This document shows positions 38,545 through 50,200 of a stretch of DNA of 64,000 bases, piece after piece. The translations under genes and the position numbers were made by a program. The notes beneath the pieces were generated by a model. The model saw only the letters and a program-made list of their open reading frames with translations. It was not told the origin of the DNA and searched no databases. Every line of letters starts with the position of its first letter. Position 1 is the first letter of the stretch. Source of the stretch: an uncultured cyanobacterium (GTDB taxonomy: Bacteria > Cyanobacteriota > Cyanobacteriia > Cyanobacteriales > CAWCAG01); the NCBI GenBank assembly GCA_963793425.1, contig CAWCAG010000005.1:1248001-1312000 (forward strand). The letters run 5' to 3'.

Positions 38545-40652
38545 ATGGCTTTGGGGATAGGAAAAGTATTAAGAGGGCGTTATGGCATTTTGTCTCAATT
38601 GGGGCAAGGAGGTTTTGGCCGAACCTTTTTGGCTGAAGATGGAGACTTGGTGGATCGTCCTCAATGTGTGGTTAAGCAACTGAAAACTCCTTTTGCAGAA
38701 CTAGCTACTTTAAAAATAGCCCAACGCTTATTTGAAAATGAGGCACGTATTTTACAAAAACTCGGCCACCATGCCCAAATCCCTCAACTTTTTGCTTATT
38801 TTGAGGAGGAAAAGGAATTTTATTTAGTTCAAGAATACATTGCTGGTAGCAGTTTGGTAGAAGAAGTTTCTCCGGGCCAGAAATTAGCAGAAAAGCAAGT
38901 TATTGTTTTGTTGATTGAGATCCTAACTGTCTTAGAATTTGTCCATGGACAAAAGGTTATTCACCGCGATCTTAATCCTCGTAATCTGATTCGTCGCCAA
39001 GATAATGGTCAGTTGGTTTTGATTGATTTTGGGGCAGTGAAACAAATTAGTACCGCCACAGAAAGCAATAAAACTATTGTGATTGGTACTCCGGGTTATT
39101 TACCTATTGAACAAAGTCGCGGTAATCCTCAGCTTAGTAGTGATGTTTATGCCGTGGGAATGATGGGTATTGTTGCCTTGACGGGTGGCAATCCTACGGT
39201 TTTGCACCAGATTCCCAAACTAGAGAAATTGCTTGGCAAGATGGGGCGGCTGTTTCCCCAGAATTAACCCAGGTTTTAAGTAAGATGATACGTCAAGATT
39301 ACCATCAACGTTATGCTTCAGCTTCCGAAGCTTTAGTTGCTTTAAAAAGTTTGAATAGTTCTGGCAACAATACTATTGTCTTACCTTTACCTCCCCAACC
39401 TTTACCAAAGTTTAAGCTAACTCGTTCTTTGGTAGCTAAGGTTGTTATTACTCTGGGGTTGGTTGGTTTGGGAATAACAGTATTTTTTGGGGTTGGTAAG
39501 TTAATTCGGGGTAACAATGCTACGAACCTTTACAATCAAGGGAATACTCTTTATGAGTTAAATCGCTACCAAGAAGCTTTTCGGGCTTATGATCAGGCTT
39601 TAGAACTTAATCCTGATTATGTAGAAGCTTGGAAAGGGCAAGGAGATAGTTTACAGGGTTTACAAAGGGAAGAAGAAGCCCTAGAAGCCTATGAACAAGC
39701 GATTCAACTTCAGCCTGATTACTGGGAAGCTTGGATTGCTAGGGGTGAACTTTTAGCTAAATTAACGAGATATTCTCAAGCTGTTCAGGCTTTTGCTAAG
39801 GTTATTGAACATCAACCGGATAATTGGCAAGCTTGGGAAGGGAAAGGTGACGGGGAACTTAAGTTAAAGCAATATTCTCAGGCTATTGCTTCCTATAATC
39901 GGGTACTGGATTTGAATGGGGAAAGAACATCTGCTTGGTATAGTCAAGGTTGGGCTTTTCATAATTTAAAACGCTACGAAAAGGCAGTTGATGCTTATGA
40001 TCAAGCAGTAGATATTCAACCAGATTATCCTCAAGCTTGGTATCAAAGGGGTAATGCTTTAATTAATTTACAAGCATATGAAGCAGCCGCAGATTCTTAT
40101 CAAAAAGCCTTAAACTTCCAACCGAACTTTCATCAAGCCGCCTACAGCTTAGGAATTGCCCTTAACCACGAAAAAGAATATGAAGAGGCTGTGAAAGCTT
40201 TTGAACAGGCACTCAAGGCTAAATCAGATAACTCTCAAGCTTGGTATAATTTGGGCTGGAGTCTCCACCAATTACAACGCTACACCGATGCGGTAGCAGC
40301 TTATGAACAAGCTACGAAGTATGGCAATAATTCTTACTCAGCTTGGTACAATCGCGGTAATGCCCTTTATAAGCTGGAAAAGTATGCTGAGGCGATCGCT
40401 TCTTATGATCAAGCATTAGTTTTAGAGAAAAGTCGCTATCAAGCTTGGTTTAGTCGCGGCAATGCTTTGTTAAATTTAAAGCAATATCAAGATGCGATCG
40501 CCTCCTATGAACAAGCTTTAAGCTACAAACCCAACTATCAAGAAGCAGAGGAAGGAAAACGGCGATCACGACGTTTGTTGGAGAAGCAAGAAAGGGACAA
40601 TCGGCTGAGGGATAAGCCCAAAGAGAAAGAGAAGGAAACTTTGGACATTTAG
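38545..40652 (+). CDS. Ser/Thr protein kinase - TM - TPR repeat protein, split by a single-base frameshift near 39200
   Basis: LGQGGFGRT, VVKQL, HRDLNPRN, IDFG, GTPGY. The shifted frame continues PDSQTREIAWQD...LSKMIRQDY..RY, then a TM and about 10 TPRs. Confidence 0.9.
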
Positions 40653-40711
40653 TACTGTTATAGGCTATACCATTGATCAATGAGCAGTTATCACATCGAC
40701 AATTGAACTAG

Positions 40712-41836
40712 ATGGTAATTAAAGAAATCAAACAACAGTTGAGGGCGAAGTTACCTGGTTTTACAGATTTTGCCAAGGGATTAAGTGCTAAGAAATGGCC
40801 CAAAGGTTCGATTGTTTATTATACAGGCGATCGCAAAACTGGCTTGAGTCCTCGTAGTCTTAAAGAAGGAACAAGCGGTACAAATACTGCGGTTATTTAT
40901 TTAACTAAAGAATGGGCTAAACAAGGACATAAAGTTGTTGTTTATAGTACCTGCGGAGATGAAGAGGGGATTCATGACGGGGTTGAATATATTAACTATT
41001 ATAAGTTTAATTGGTATGACACTTTTGATGTTTTAATTATTTTAAGTCATCCTTATTTATTACCTCTTCGTGTTAAGGCAAGGAAAGTTTGTTGGGAGTG
41101 GCAAGATGTTATGGGGGAACCCCGCATTTATCCCCGTGAAAAAATTGAAAGATTTGACCACATTTTTGCTAAGTCACAGTTTCAACGTAAGTTGTTACCC
41201 TATATTCCTGACGAGAAATTTACCATCGTTACTAATGGTGTTGATAAAAGTATTGCCCAACTTAGTAGTAATAAAAAAGATCCTTATAAATTAGTTTATG
41301 CTTCTCGTTATTATCGGGGCATAGATTCGATGTTAGCCTACGGCTGGCCGATTATTAAACAAGCTATTCCTGAAGCCGAGTTACATATTTACCACGGTTG
41401 GACAAGAAGAGAAAATCATCCTAGTGAAGCAGAGTGGAAACAGAAAGTAATTGAATTAATGCAGCAAGATGGTGTAATTGATCATGGCAAAGTTCCGCAA
41501 AAAACTTTAATTGCCGAAAAGTCTACCGCAAGTATTCATTACTATGGCTGTACCTACGAAGAAATCGATTGTATTTCTGTTAGAGAGTCTGCTATGGTTG
41601 GTTGTGTTCCTGTGACTACAGATTTCGCTGTTTTCAGAGAAAAGAGTTACTGTTTGCGAGTGCCAGGAGAACCGAAAGCAAAAGAAACTCAAGAAGCAAT
41701 AGCTTATAAAATTATTGAACTGCTTAAAGATCCTGAAAAGTTAGCAGCAATTCGCCAAGAATTTGCTGAAAATGTCCAAAACGAAACCTGGGATAATATT
41801 GCTCAAGTTTGGTTGAAAAGTTTCGATTTTGATTAA
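40712..41836 (+). CDS. Glycosyltransferase (GT-B/GT4-like)
   Basis: G.SGT..AVIYL..EWAKQGH.V.VY, YASRYYRG, EEIDCISVRES..VGCVPV. Confidence 0.8.
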   Translation: MVIKEIKQQLRAKLPGFTDFAKGLSAKKWPKGSIVYYTGDRKTGLSPRSLKEGTSGTNTAVIYLTKEWAKQGHKVVVYSTCGDEEGIHDGVEYINYYKFNWYDTFDVLIILSHPYLLPLRVKARKVCWEWQDVMGEPRIYPREKIERFDHIFAKSQFQRKLLPYIPDEKFTIVTNGVDKSIAQLSSNKKDPYKLVYASRYYRGIDSMLAYGWPIIKQAIPEAELHIYHGWTRRENHPSEAEWKQKVIELMQQDGVIDHGKVPQKTLIAEKSTASIHYYGCTYEEIDCISVRESAMVGCVPVTTDFAVFREKSYCLRVPGEPKAKETQEAIAYKIIELLKDPEKLAAIRQEFAENVQNETWDNIAQVWLKSFDFD

Positions 41837-41892
41837 ATTATCATCTATTACCCATTACCCATTACCACCATTAACTAGCTTTCTAAATTGAA

Positions 41893-43173
41893 ATGAAACT
41901 AATAATTCCCATAGAATATTATCGGCATGGTGGTGTAGAAAGGGTTATTGTTTCTTTGATTGAGGAAATTAGTCAACAAATTGAACAAACAATAGTAATT
42001 CTTCCTCCTAGTAAGATTGCTTATTTTCAAGGGCTGTTACCAGAATCAAAGACAATTGTTTATGAATCATTTAGTTGGCCAAGTCACTCTTTTACAAATC
42101 GTCTACTTTCTTTTTTACAGAAAGTTTTATCTTTAGTTAGAAAGCTAAAATTAAAGCCTTTAGAAACAATAATAACTAAGCAAATTAAGCATATTCGTTC
42201 TTTGGGGAGAATTGAACACTTAGTTGAGCAATATCAAGCTACTCATTGCCTATACTGTTTAACTAATCGCTTACCTACCCCCAACTTAAAGATTACCTTG
42301 GGAATGATTTCCCATGATGTTTTTTGGCATTTTGCTCCTCTAACCTATCCCGATGATTATATTAAAGAGTATGATCAAAGTTTAGTGGCTTGGTTAGAAA
42401 AAGTAGATGTAGTTTTTGCTGTTTCTGAAAAAACAAGAAACGATATTATCTCTTTTTTACCAAACTTTGCTGATAAAATTAACACAGTTCCTAATTCAGG
42501 ATTTATTGTCGGAGCCAAAGAGCAAGATTCTTCACTTAATAAAGTTGAACATCAAGGAATAACTTCTTTTTACTTTCCTTCCTCTTTTGGCATTTATAAA
42601 GACCAACTTACTCTTTTGCAAGCAGGTATAAAGTTAGCGAAACAAGGTCTTAATTTTAAAATAGTTCTCACTGGCAAAGAAACCGATAATTTAGTGCAAG
42701 GGAACTTAAGTTTATCTCAACAATCTCAAACCCAAGAGTATATTGATTATCTACAAAAATGTCAGCAAATTTATCGCGAAAATCAACAATTTATGGCAGA
42801 TTATTTTGTTGGTTTGGGATATTGCGATGAAGAAGTTGTTGAAGAATGTTACCAAAATAGTTCTTGTGTCGTAGTCCCTTCTAAGTATGAAGGTTTTGGC
42901 TTGGCAGTATCAGAAGCAATTGTCCAGGGAATGCCAGTTATTTGTTCTGATTTAGATGTTTTTCATGAACAAGTAGAGTTATATAAATGTAGCGATCGCA
43001 TTGAGTTTTTCCCCTTAGGAGATGCTGATGCTTTAGCAATTTGTTTAGAACAGTTTATTATTAATCCTAAACCAAAGTTATCCGCCGTAGAAGTTAAGCA
43101 ACGCTTCAAACATTGGACTTGGAAAGAAGTAGCCAAAGAATATGTAAGATTATTCAAAGCAGCATCAGATTAA
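41893..43173 (+). CDS. Glycosyltransferase family 4
   Basis: GGVERV, AVSEKT, PSKYEGFGLAVSEA. Confidence 0.9.
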   Translation: MKLIIPIEYYRHGGVERVIVSLIEEISQQIEQTIVILPPSKIAYFQGLLPESKTIVYESFSWPSHSFTNRLLSFLQKVLSLVRKLKLKPLETIITKQIKHIRSLGRIEHLVEQYQATHCLYCLTNRLPTPNLKITLGMISHDVFWHFAPLTYPDDYIKEYDQSLVAWLEKVDVVFAVSEKTRNDIISFLPNFADKINTVPNSGFIVGAKEQDSSLNKVEHQGITSFYFPSSFGIYKDQLTLLQAGIKLAKQGLNFKIVLTGKETDNLVQGNLSLSQQSQTQEYIDYLQKCQQIYRENQQFMADYFVGLGYCDEEVVEECYQNSSCVVVPSKYEGFGLAVSEAIVQGMPVICSDLDVFHEQVELYKCSDRIEFFPLGDADALAICLEQFIINPKPKLSAVEVKQRFKHWTWKEVAKEYVRLFKAASD

Positions 43174-43259
43174 TAGACATTGGGTAGAAAAGAGAGAATA
43201 GGGCATAGGGAATGGTATATTCTTAACTTATTACTTGTTACTTATTACTTATTACTTCC

Positions 43260-43718
43260 ATGAGTAACTCTGATTTCTTTCAGTTTGAAGCAGACTTCGT
43301 TGACTCTATGCGTTGCATCCCAATGATAGTTAGGATGAAATTGGATACTTGCGGTGTCAAACTTAAGTTAGCCCACTGGCATCAATTTAGTGAAGAAGAA
43401 CATCAAATTCTAGTGAATTTGCCTTGTACCACTCCCCAGGAGATTCAAGCTTATCGGGAGTATCTGCAAAATAAAGTTAGGGAGAAAAACGGTAATCCTG
43501 CTAAAGAGTTAACTATAAATCCCCATCCTCCTTGGCTAAATAAGCAAATAATTCCTGGGGATATCCAAGAAAAAGCCCAAGAATGGGATGTAAGTATTAA
43601 CCAACAACAATGGCAAAATCTCACTCCTTTACAGCGTTTTGCCCTGATAAAATTAAGTCGCCCTAGCCACGAAAACAATAATTTTTATCCAGCATTACAG
43701 GAGTTTGATTTAATTTAA
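43260..43718 (+). CDS. narM: Nitrate reductase-associated protein (NarM-like)
   Basis: FQFEADFV.S.RCIPM.VR.KLD.CGVKL...LQRFALIKLSRPSHEN.NF.PA..EF. Confidence 0.85.
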   Translation: MSNSDFFQFEADFVDSMRCIPMIVRMKLDTCGVKLKLAHWHQFSEEEHQILVNLPCTTPQEIQAYREYLQNKVREKNGNPAKELTINPHPPWLNKQIIPGDIQEKAQEWDVSINQQQWQNLTPLQRFALIKLSRPSHENNNFYPALQEFDLI

Positions 43719-43877
43719 GGAATACCTAAGAAGTGGTAAGGTGATGTAGCCAATTACTGAAATTGCGAACAATCAAGTTCGGTTTTACTATTTTTTAAAT
43801 AGCTTCTTCCCGCTACCATCATATATGTAATAACAAAAAGTTTTAATATTGCTAGCTATAAAGAGGGGCGATCCACT

Positions 43878-45422
43878 GTGAAGAAATGGCTACTACAAAC
43901 CCTAAGTGAAGTTTTAGAACAAAGTGAACCAACTGTTGCTTGCCCGAAAGCAAAGGAGAAAGGTAGCCGGCAAAGTCCTTCTGATGAGTTAGTTACGGGG
44001 CTACAGAGGGCTGAGGGAGAGTGGAGTGGTGCGATCGCAGCATTGGAAACCATACTTCTACAATGCTTTGCTGGGGGGCAATCACAGTCTGAAGAGCCTC
44101 AAGGAATAATTTTATCAGGGCCAGCACCTGTTTTAACTAAAAAAGCCATTATTTCCCAAATTTATCGAGGCATTTTTACACCAGAGGGAATTAAATCTTT
44201 TAACTTGATGCCTTTTTGTCTGCCAGGATCGAGTCAAAAAACTGAAGCAAAAGCGACTCATTCTGTGGCAGAGTTTCCCTTATTATCTGTTGATCCCATT
44301 GCAGCCGAACAATTTTGTTTAGTTTGTACTAGTGATTTTGCTCTGGTTATAGTTTTGGGGGAAGATAGTTTTGGTACAACCAGATTTCAATTTTCCTTTG
44401 AACCAGAAGTAGTTAGGAAAGCTTGGCAAATATTGAGGGCAAGGTTGCTTTTTGCTAACTTCGGAAAGTTGGCTTATCTTGATAGCTTGTTTGAGAAATT
44501 TGCACCTATACCACCAGATTATCGTACGGTGATGCAATTCAGCCGTGAGATTCTTAAAAATTTGCCAGATATCACTCTTGGAGAAACTGAACCTCAGAAG
44601 GAAATAAGGATTCAAACCAACCAAGAAACAGAAGCTGCTGAATTAATCAACCTTAATAAATACAAAACAGAGGTTAAAGATAAAAGAGACAACAGTACTC
44701 CAGAATTAGAGTTGTTACAAGCCCTTACCCATGAAATTCGTACTCCCCTAACCACCATTCGTACGATGACAAAGCTGCTGTTGAAAAAGCGTAAGCAATT
44801 CTCAGCAGATGTGATTAAGCGTTTGGAAGTTATTGATCAAGAATGTACTGAACAAATTGATCGCATGGAGTTAATTTTTCGGGCAGCAGAGATGGAAACT
44901 ACTACTGTTAATTCCCCAGAAGTTCAACTAACTACTATTTATTTAGATCAAGTCTTTCAACAAAGTATACCTCGTTGGCAAAAGCAAGCTCAAAGGCGCA
45001 AAGTTAATCTGGAGTTTACTTTACCAAAAAAGTTACCCAAAGTTGTTAGTGATCCGGGAATGTTGGATCGGGTTTTGACAGGTTTAATGGAGAATTTTAC
45101 CCGCAGTTTGCCCACAGGAGGAGAAATTCAAGTTCAAGTAACTACCGCTGGAAATCAGCTTAAGTTACAGTTTCTTTCTCAATGTCACTATCAAAATGAT
45201 AGTCTCAAATCTTTGGGGCAACTGCTGATGTTTCAACCCGAAACAGGCAGTTTGAGTCTCAATTTAAATGTTACCAAAAATCTTTTCCACGCCCTAGGAG
45301 GCAAGTTGATTGTGCGTCAACGCCCTCAACAAGGGGAAGTGTTTACTGTTTTCTTACCCCTAAGTAGCCCCTCTGGAGAAGGAGATTGGGGAAGTATTCA
45401 GTATCAAGCGCTTAATCATTGA
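43878..45422 (+). CDS. hik2: Sensor histidine kinase, Hik2/CSK type
   Basis: EQFCLV, FQFSFEPE, LQALTHEIRTPLTTIRT, ECTEQIDRM, FQPETGSLSL. Confidence 0.85.
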   Translation: MKKWLLQTLSEVLEQSEPTVACPKAKEKGSRQSPSDELVTGLQRAEGEWSGAIAALETILLQCFAGGQSQSEEPQGIILSGPAPVLTKKAIISQIYRGIFTPEGIKSFNLMPFCLPGSSQKTEAKATHSVAEFPLLSVDPIAAEQFCLVCTSDFALVIVLGEDSFGTTRFQFSFEPEVVRKAWQILRARLLFANFGKLAYLDSLFEKFAPIPPDYRTVMQFSREILKNLPDITLGETEPQKEIRIQTNQETEAAELINLNKYKTEVKDKRDNSTPELELLQALTHEIRTPLTTIRTMTKLLLKKRKQFSADVIKRLEVIDQECTEQIDRMELIFRAAEMETTTVNSPEVQLTTIYLDQVFQQSIPRWQKQAQRRKVNLEFTLPKKLPKVVSDPGMLDRVLTGLMENFTRSLPTGGEIQVQVTTAGNQLKLQFLSQCHYQNDSLKSLGQLLMFQPETGSLSLNLNVTKNLFHALGGKLIVRQRPQQGEVFTVFLPLSSPSGEGDWGSIQYQALNH

Positions 45423-45478
45423 TCATTAATCATTTAACATTAAACATTTATCAATTATCAATTGTTTCAAGATTTCTT

Positions 45479-45540
45479 GTAGGGGCGGGTTTTGAGTTAA
45501 ATTATGAGATTAACCTTCAACTAAATAAACCTGCCCTAAC
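45479..45540. repeat. GTAG-type REP-like inverted repeat
   Basis: GTAGGGGCGGGTTT ... AAACCTGCCCTAAC between convergent genes. Confidence 0.65.
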
Positions 45541-45558
45541 ACACAATTTAATTGTCAA

Positions 45559-47076
45559 TTATTCTAAATATTCAATCTTATATAAATAATAGTTTTCATT
45601 ATAAATCAGGCTGTTTTTAAAAACTCCTAGAGGTTGGGTGGAGAGATTAGTTGTTGATTCTTCTAGAGGATAGTTGAGGATGAGGAGTATATCTGTCTTC
45701 TTTTCTGTAAGCAGCTTCTCGACTTGGTTTAAAACCGTAACTATATCAACTTCTTGCCTTTGATTATTAAATAAAACAAAGCTGCCCATCTTTTGGCTTT
45801 CAGGGTAGTAAATTTTCCTTTCTAAGTAACCTGCTAAAGGAGACATGGCGAAGTCTTGGCTACCGACAATAAACATCTCTGCTAAGTTGTCTTGGCGGAT
45901 AAAGTTGGCGGTTGCTTTACTCGCAGAATAGGGGACAAATAAGTCACGGCTATAGGCAACTAAGCCAGCAATTAATTGGCTCAGTAAGATGATGAGCAGT
46001 AGAGTTTTTTTATACTTATTTGTAAATTTTAGCCCTGAAAGAAAAATATTTCGGGAGAGAAAGTTAGAAGAGGGATAATAACTAGCTAGCCATAAAGCAG
46101 TAATCAAAATTATATATAAATGTCCGTAGTGTCTGGGAGAACCTAAGAATTTAACGTAGGTGAAAAAGATAATTTCTGAGGTAGCTAATAAATAGAACAA
46201 AGCGACAACTGGTTTGTTGCTTAAACTAATAAAAATGAAAGTAGCGAGAAAAATAGAAATGAGAGCGAATAAAGATAAGGAATAAAATTGTGAATCTCCG
46301 GGAACTAAGATGAGTATATAACTACTCCATAAACGGCTTAAGGAAGCAACTAGATGGTGAAAGTTAAACTGGAAATTTAACTGCACTCCTCCTTGCAAGC
46401 TACTATCTGGAGGAGGAATAAGTTGTAAGAAAGAAATGATGATTCCGCTGAGAAAGATGCTTAAGCTAGTTAGTTTGTTAATAGTGGTGGCGCGGGTGTA
46501 ATAAGTAATTTTTCTTTGCCATAAATATTCAGCTATTAAACTTACTCCTAACGCGATCGCAATAAATAAACAATAGGCATTAGAGTTAGCCATTAATAGT
46601 AGCAAGCAAGCTAAAGGTAAGTAATTTTTCTTTCTGGTTTCGTATACTGTACAAAACGCAAAAATACATAATACTCCTATGGCATAGTTGCGACTAATAA
46701 CTAAGTATTCATAAAGGGGAAAGTAACCGAGTGTGAATAAAAACTTTTGCCTAATAGTGAAAGGAGAAAACCTGAGAAAAAGAGTAACAAAAGCAATTGC
46801 CAAGAGGAGATGAAAAAGTTGCATTATGAAAGGGTTATAGGTAACTTGCTTCAACCCAAACAAGCAAAGATACCACAAACCAGGATGCCCTTCATATTGA
46901 ATAGTTTGAAACATTTCTACTAGAGAACTACTATCCCTAGCTACTAACCAAGCATTCAGTTCATCACGCCACATTGAATGTCGCAAAATTCCGATTAAGC
47001 CTAAACAAATGTAAGTAGGAAGTAAAATATAAGGGAAGAGTTTTGGTTGAGAAAATAATCTTTTACTTATGTTCAT
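45559..47076 (-). CDS. Polytopic membrane protein, GT-C-type glycosyltransferase-like
   Basis: HSMWRDE..AW, YEGHPGLWY, YEY.VISRNY, many TMs. Confidence 0.7.
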   Translation of the reverse strand: MNISKRLFSQPKLFPYILLPTYICLGLIGILRHSMWRDELNAWLVARDSSSLVEMFQTIQYEGHPGLWYLCLFGLKQVTYNPFIMQLFHLLLAIAFVTLFLRFSPFTIRQKFLFTLGYFPLYEYLVISRNYAIGVLCIFAFCTVYETRKKNYLPLACLLLLMANSNAYCLFIAIALGVSLIAEYLWQRKITYYTRATTINKLTSLSIFLSGIIISFLQLIPPPDSSLQGGVQLNFQFNFHHLVASLSRLWSSYILILVPGDSQFYSLSLFALISIFLATFIFISLSNKPVVALFYLLATSEIIFFTYVKFLGSPRHYGHLYIILITALWLASYYPSSNFLSRNIFLSGLKFTNKYKKTLLLIILLSQLIAGLVAYSRDLFVPYSASKATANFIRQDNLAEMFIVGSQDFAMSPLAGYLERKIYYPESQKMGSFVLFNNQRQEVDIVTVLNQVEKLLTEKKTDILLILNYPLEESTTNLSTQPLGVFKNSLIYNENYYLYKIEYLE

Positions 47077-47214
47077 AAGCTAGTTGTTTAATGTAGCCTG
47101 CGGCAAGGCTAACGCCAATAATGATTAAATACTGTACCTTTTTTCTTCTGAATTAGAAAATCACTTGTGGCAAGATGAGAAATAGAGATACAAAAAAACT
47201 CTGATGCCCTGGCT

Positions 47215-50200
47215 ATGAAACTTAACCTCCGTTTTCCTTCGCCCCAGCAAGTTAGTGTTGAATTTGAACAAGAAACTGAAACCTTAGAATTTGTCTCACC
47301 TTTAAAGCCGGAGGATCACGAAGAAATAGGTTGGTATTTAGAAACCTACGCCACTCAATATACTACGGAGGTGGATGATGAGAGGGCTAAACGCATTGAA
47401 GAGAAACTCTCTCAATGGGGAGAAGATTTGTTTACTTCGGTATTCAATAATCGTGCGGCACAAAGAATTTTTAATGCTTTTCAAGAAGAAGAAGAAGTTG
47501 GGCGTTTAATCACCATCAGCGCCCAAAATCCAGAAATCCTCGCTTTACCTTGGGAATTGCTACGAGATCCCCAAGGTACTTATCTATGTCACGAAAATCC
47601 CCGTATTTCTATTCGTCGTCGCTTTGCCAAAGCAGGGGGAGGGCGCAAACCTTTTAAGGTTAAAGCAAAGAAGAAACTGCGCTTACTTTATATTATTAGT
47701 CGTCCCAATGATTGTAATTTCATTGACCCCAGAGGAGAATCTCAAGGAGTTTTAGAAGCGATCGCCCAAGCAGCACCCGGAATAGTAGAAGTTGAGTTTC
47801 TGCGCCCTCCCACCCTTAGCCAATTAGTTGAACGCTTAGAAAATCGGCACTTACCAACGATTGATCTGATTCATTTTGATGGACATGGGGTTTTTGATGC
47901 TGATGGTAGTTTTGCAGCGAAAAGTAACAATCCTGATGCTGCTACCAAAAAAGCCAAGGGGAATATGGGTTATCTCCTCTTTGAAAAGCCTTCCGGAGAA
48001 GGAGACTTAATTAGTGCCGAAAAGTTGGGGAATATGCTGCATCGCCAAAAGATTAGCGCTATTATCCTCTCCGCTTGCCAGTCGGCACAAATGGGGAATG
48101 AACCGATGGGCAGTGTTGCAGCCCGGTTAACCCATGCTGGCATTCCCACAGTTTTAGCTATGACTTATTCGGTGTTGGTAAGAACAGCTAAGCAGCTTTT
48201 TCAGGAATTTTACCGCCATTTGTTACAGGGAGAAGGCATGGGAGAAGCCTTGGATAATGCCCGTCGTAACTTGTATATCAATTCGGAGCGCGGCGAAAGG
48301 CAACGGGGCCAAGCAAGAATTACTTTGCAAGTGCAAGATTGGTTTTTGCCAGCCCTTTATCAATCAGGAAACGATACACCTTTATTGCCACCAGGGGAAG
48401 TTATCACAGAAGAAAAGAAAACTATTCCGAATAACTTACCGGAGGTACAAGAAGCGGGATTTTGGGGTAGGAGTAGGGAACTATGGGAGATTGAAACAGC
48501 CTTTGTGCGGGGTACAAGGCGCATTACGGTTCATGGTTTCGGAGGACAGGGAAAAACCTATTTAGTACAGGAAGTAGGGCGCTGGTTACAACGTACAGTC
48601 ATGTTTAGTCATGTTTGTTTTGTCGATTATGCTGCTTTTCAGGGTATTGATGCCGTGGGATTGGCGGTTAGTAGTTTAGGAGTAGTTTTAGAAAAAAGTT
48701 TTGTAGATGCTGAAGCGGTAGAGAATTACCTGCGATCGCCTGATCAAAAACTTTCCCTACTGTTAATCCTCGACAACTTAGAAACCCTTACCCCAGAAGC
48801 ATCACAAGAACTCCTCACCGTAGCTAAGAAATGGTCAGAAATTGGCAACAATCGCCTCCTCATCACTACCAGGCAAGGAAACTTAAACCATCCTGATTAT
48901 CCCATCTCCGGCAGCCGCAAACATATTTCTTTGGCTTTGAAGGGATTAGGCAGAGAAGATGCCCTAAGTTATTTCCAGGAATTAATGAAGTTACCCCCAA
49001 AACCTTTATTCCCTCCACCGCCACGGAGAAAGTTATTGAGGCTGTTCGGAATAGTAGATTTTCATCTTTTATCTATTGGTTTATTGGCGAATCAGTTAAA
49101 AGTGCAACGAGTTGGAGAAGTAAAAGGAAGTTTAGAGAAATTAATTGAAGAAGCGATCGCAGCGACAGCAAACAGTGAGGATAAAAATGTAAGTTTGTTA
49201 GCTTCTTTGCGGTTGTCTTTACAGATGTTGCCGGAAGAGGTGCAGGGTTTGCTGCCGAAGTTGGGGGTTTTTCATGGTGGTGTTTGGGAACCGATGATTA
49301 CTGATGTGATGAAATTATTTACAGAGGAGCAATGGCAACAATTACGCCCAGCTTTGGAAAATGCCGGCTTAATTCAGCCAGAAATTCTACCAGGATGGAA
49401 TGCTCCCTACCTCAAATTTCATCCCACCTTAACCCCTGCCTTGCGCCAGGAGGGGAGTGCTAATATTACTTCTTTACAGGAGAGTTACTGCCAGGCTTAT
49501 TATCAACTATCTCTTTACCTTTACACTGAAGATGATAAAAACCCCCATCAAGTCCGTGCCATTGCTAAACGGGAATTACCAAACCTCCTTAATGCTGTGA
49601 AACAAGCTTTAGATACAGAGGTAGATTATGCTGTTAATTTTATTGACAATGTAAACAAGTTCCTTAACCATTTTGGGCTGAATCGGGAACGGGCGGAATT
49701 AACAGAAAGAGTCCAAAAGTTAAGTCAGGATGTAGGTTCCCCAAGTTGGTATCTTGCTCAAACTAATCAGGGGGAACAGCTATACGATGGAGGGCGTTAC
49801 CAAGAAGCAGCACAGGTATTTGCTGCTATTTTACAATGCTTGGGTGATGCTCCCAGTTACAATCTTTGTATCACTCTGAATCGCTTGGGGCGCTGTTTAA
49901 GGCATCAAGGGCAAGCAGCCCAAAGTGCGGCAATGTATCGTCAGGCTTTGGCTGTGGCAGCAGAGTTGGAAGTTACTCCCGGTGTGCAGCGACAGATAGG
50001 AATTTTGCATACAGATTTAGCTGATGTGCTTACAGATATGGGGCAGTTTGGGGAAGCTAAGGAGAATTATGAAAAATCCTTAGCTATTGATAAAGAAATA
50101 GGAGATAAGCGGGGAGAAGCTGTTACTCAATTACAAATGGGAACTCTGGCTTTGGTGCAAGGTGATTTAGTGGAGGCGGAGAAATCCTACCAGGTTGCTT

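Noticed and set aside
39285..40652. TPR repeats as a DGR target or DNA repeat array
   Set aside because: Ordinary protein-level repeats; no reverse transcriptase or template/variable repeat pair was seen
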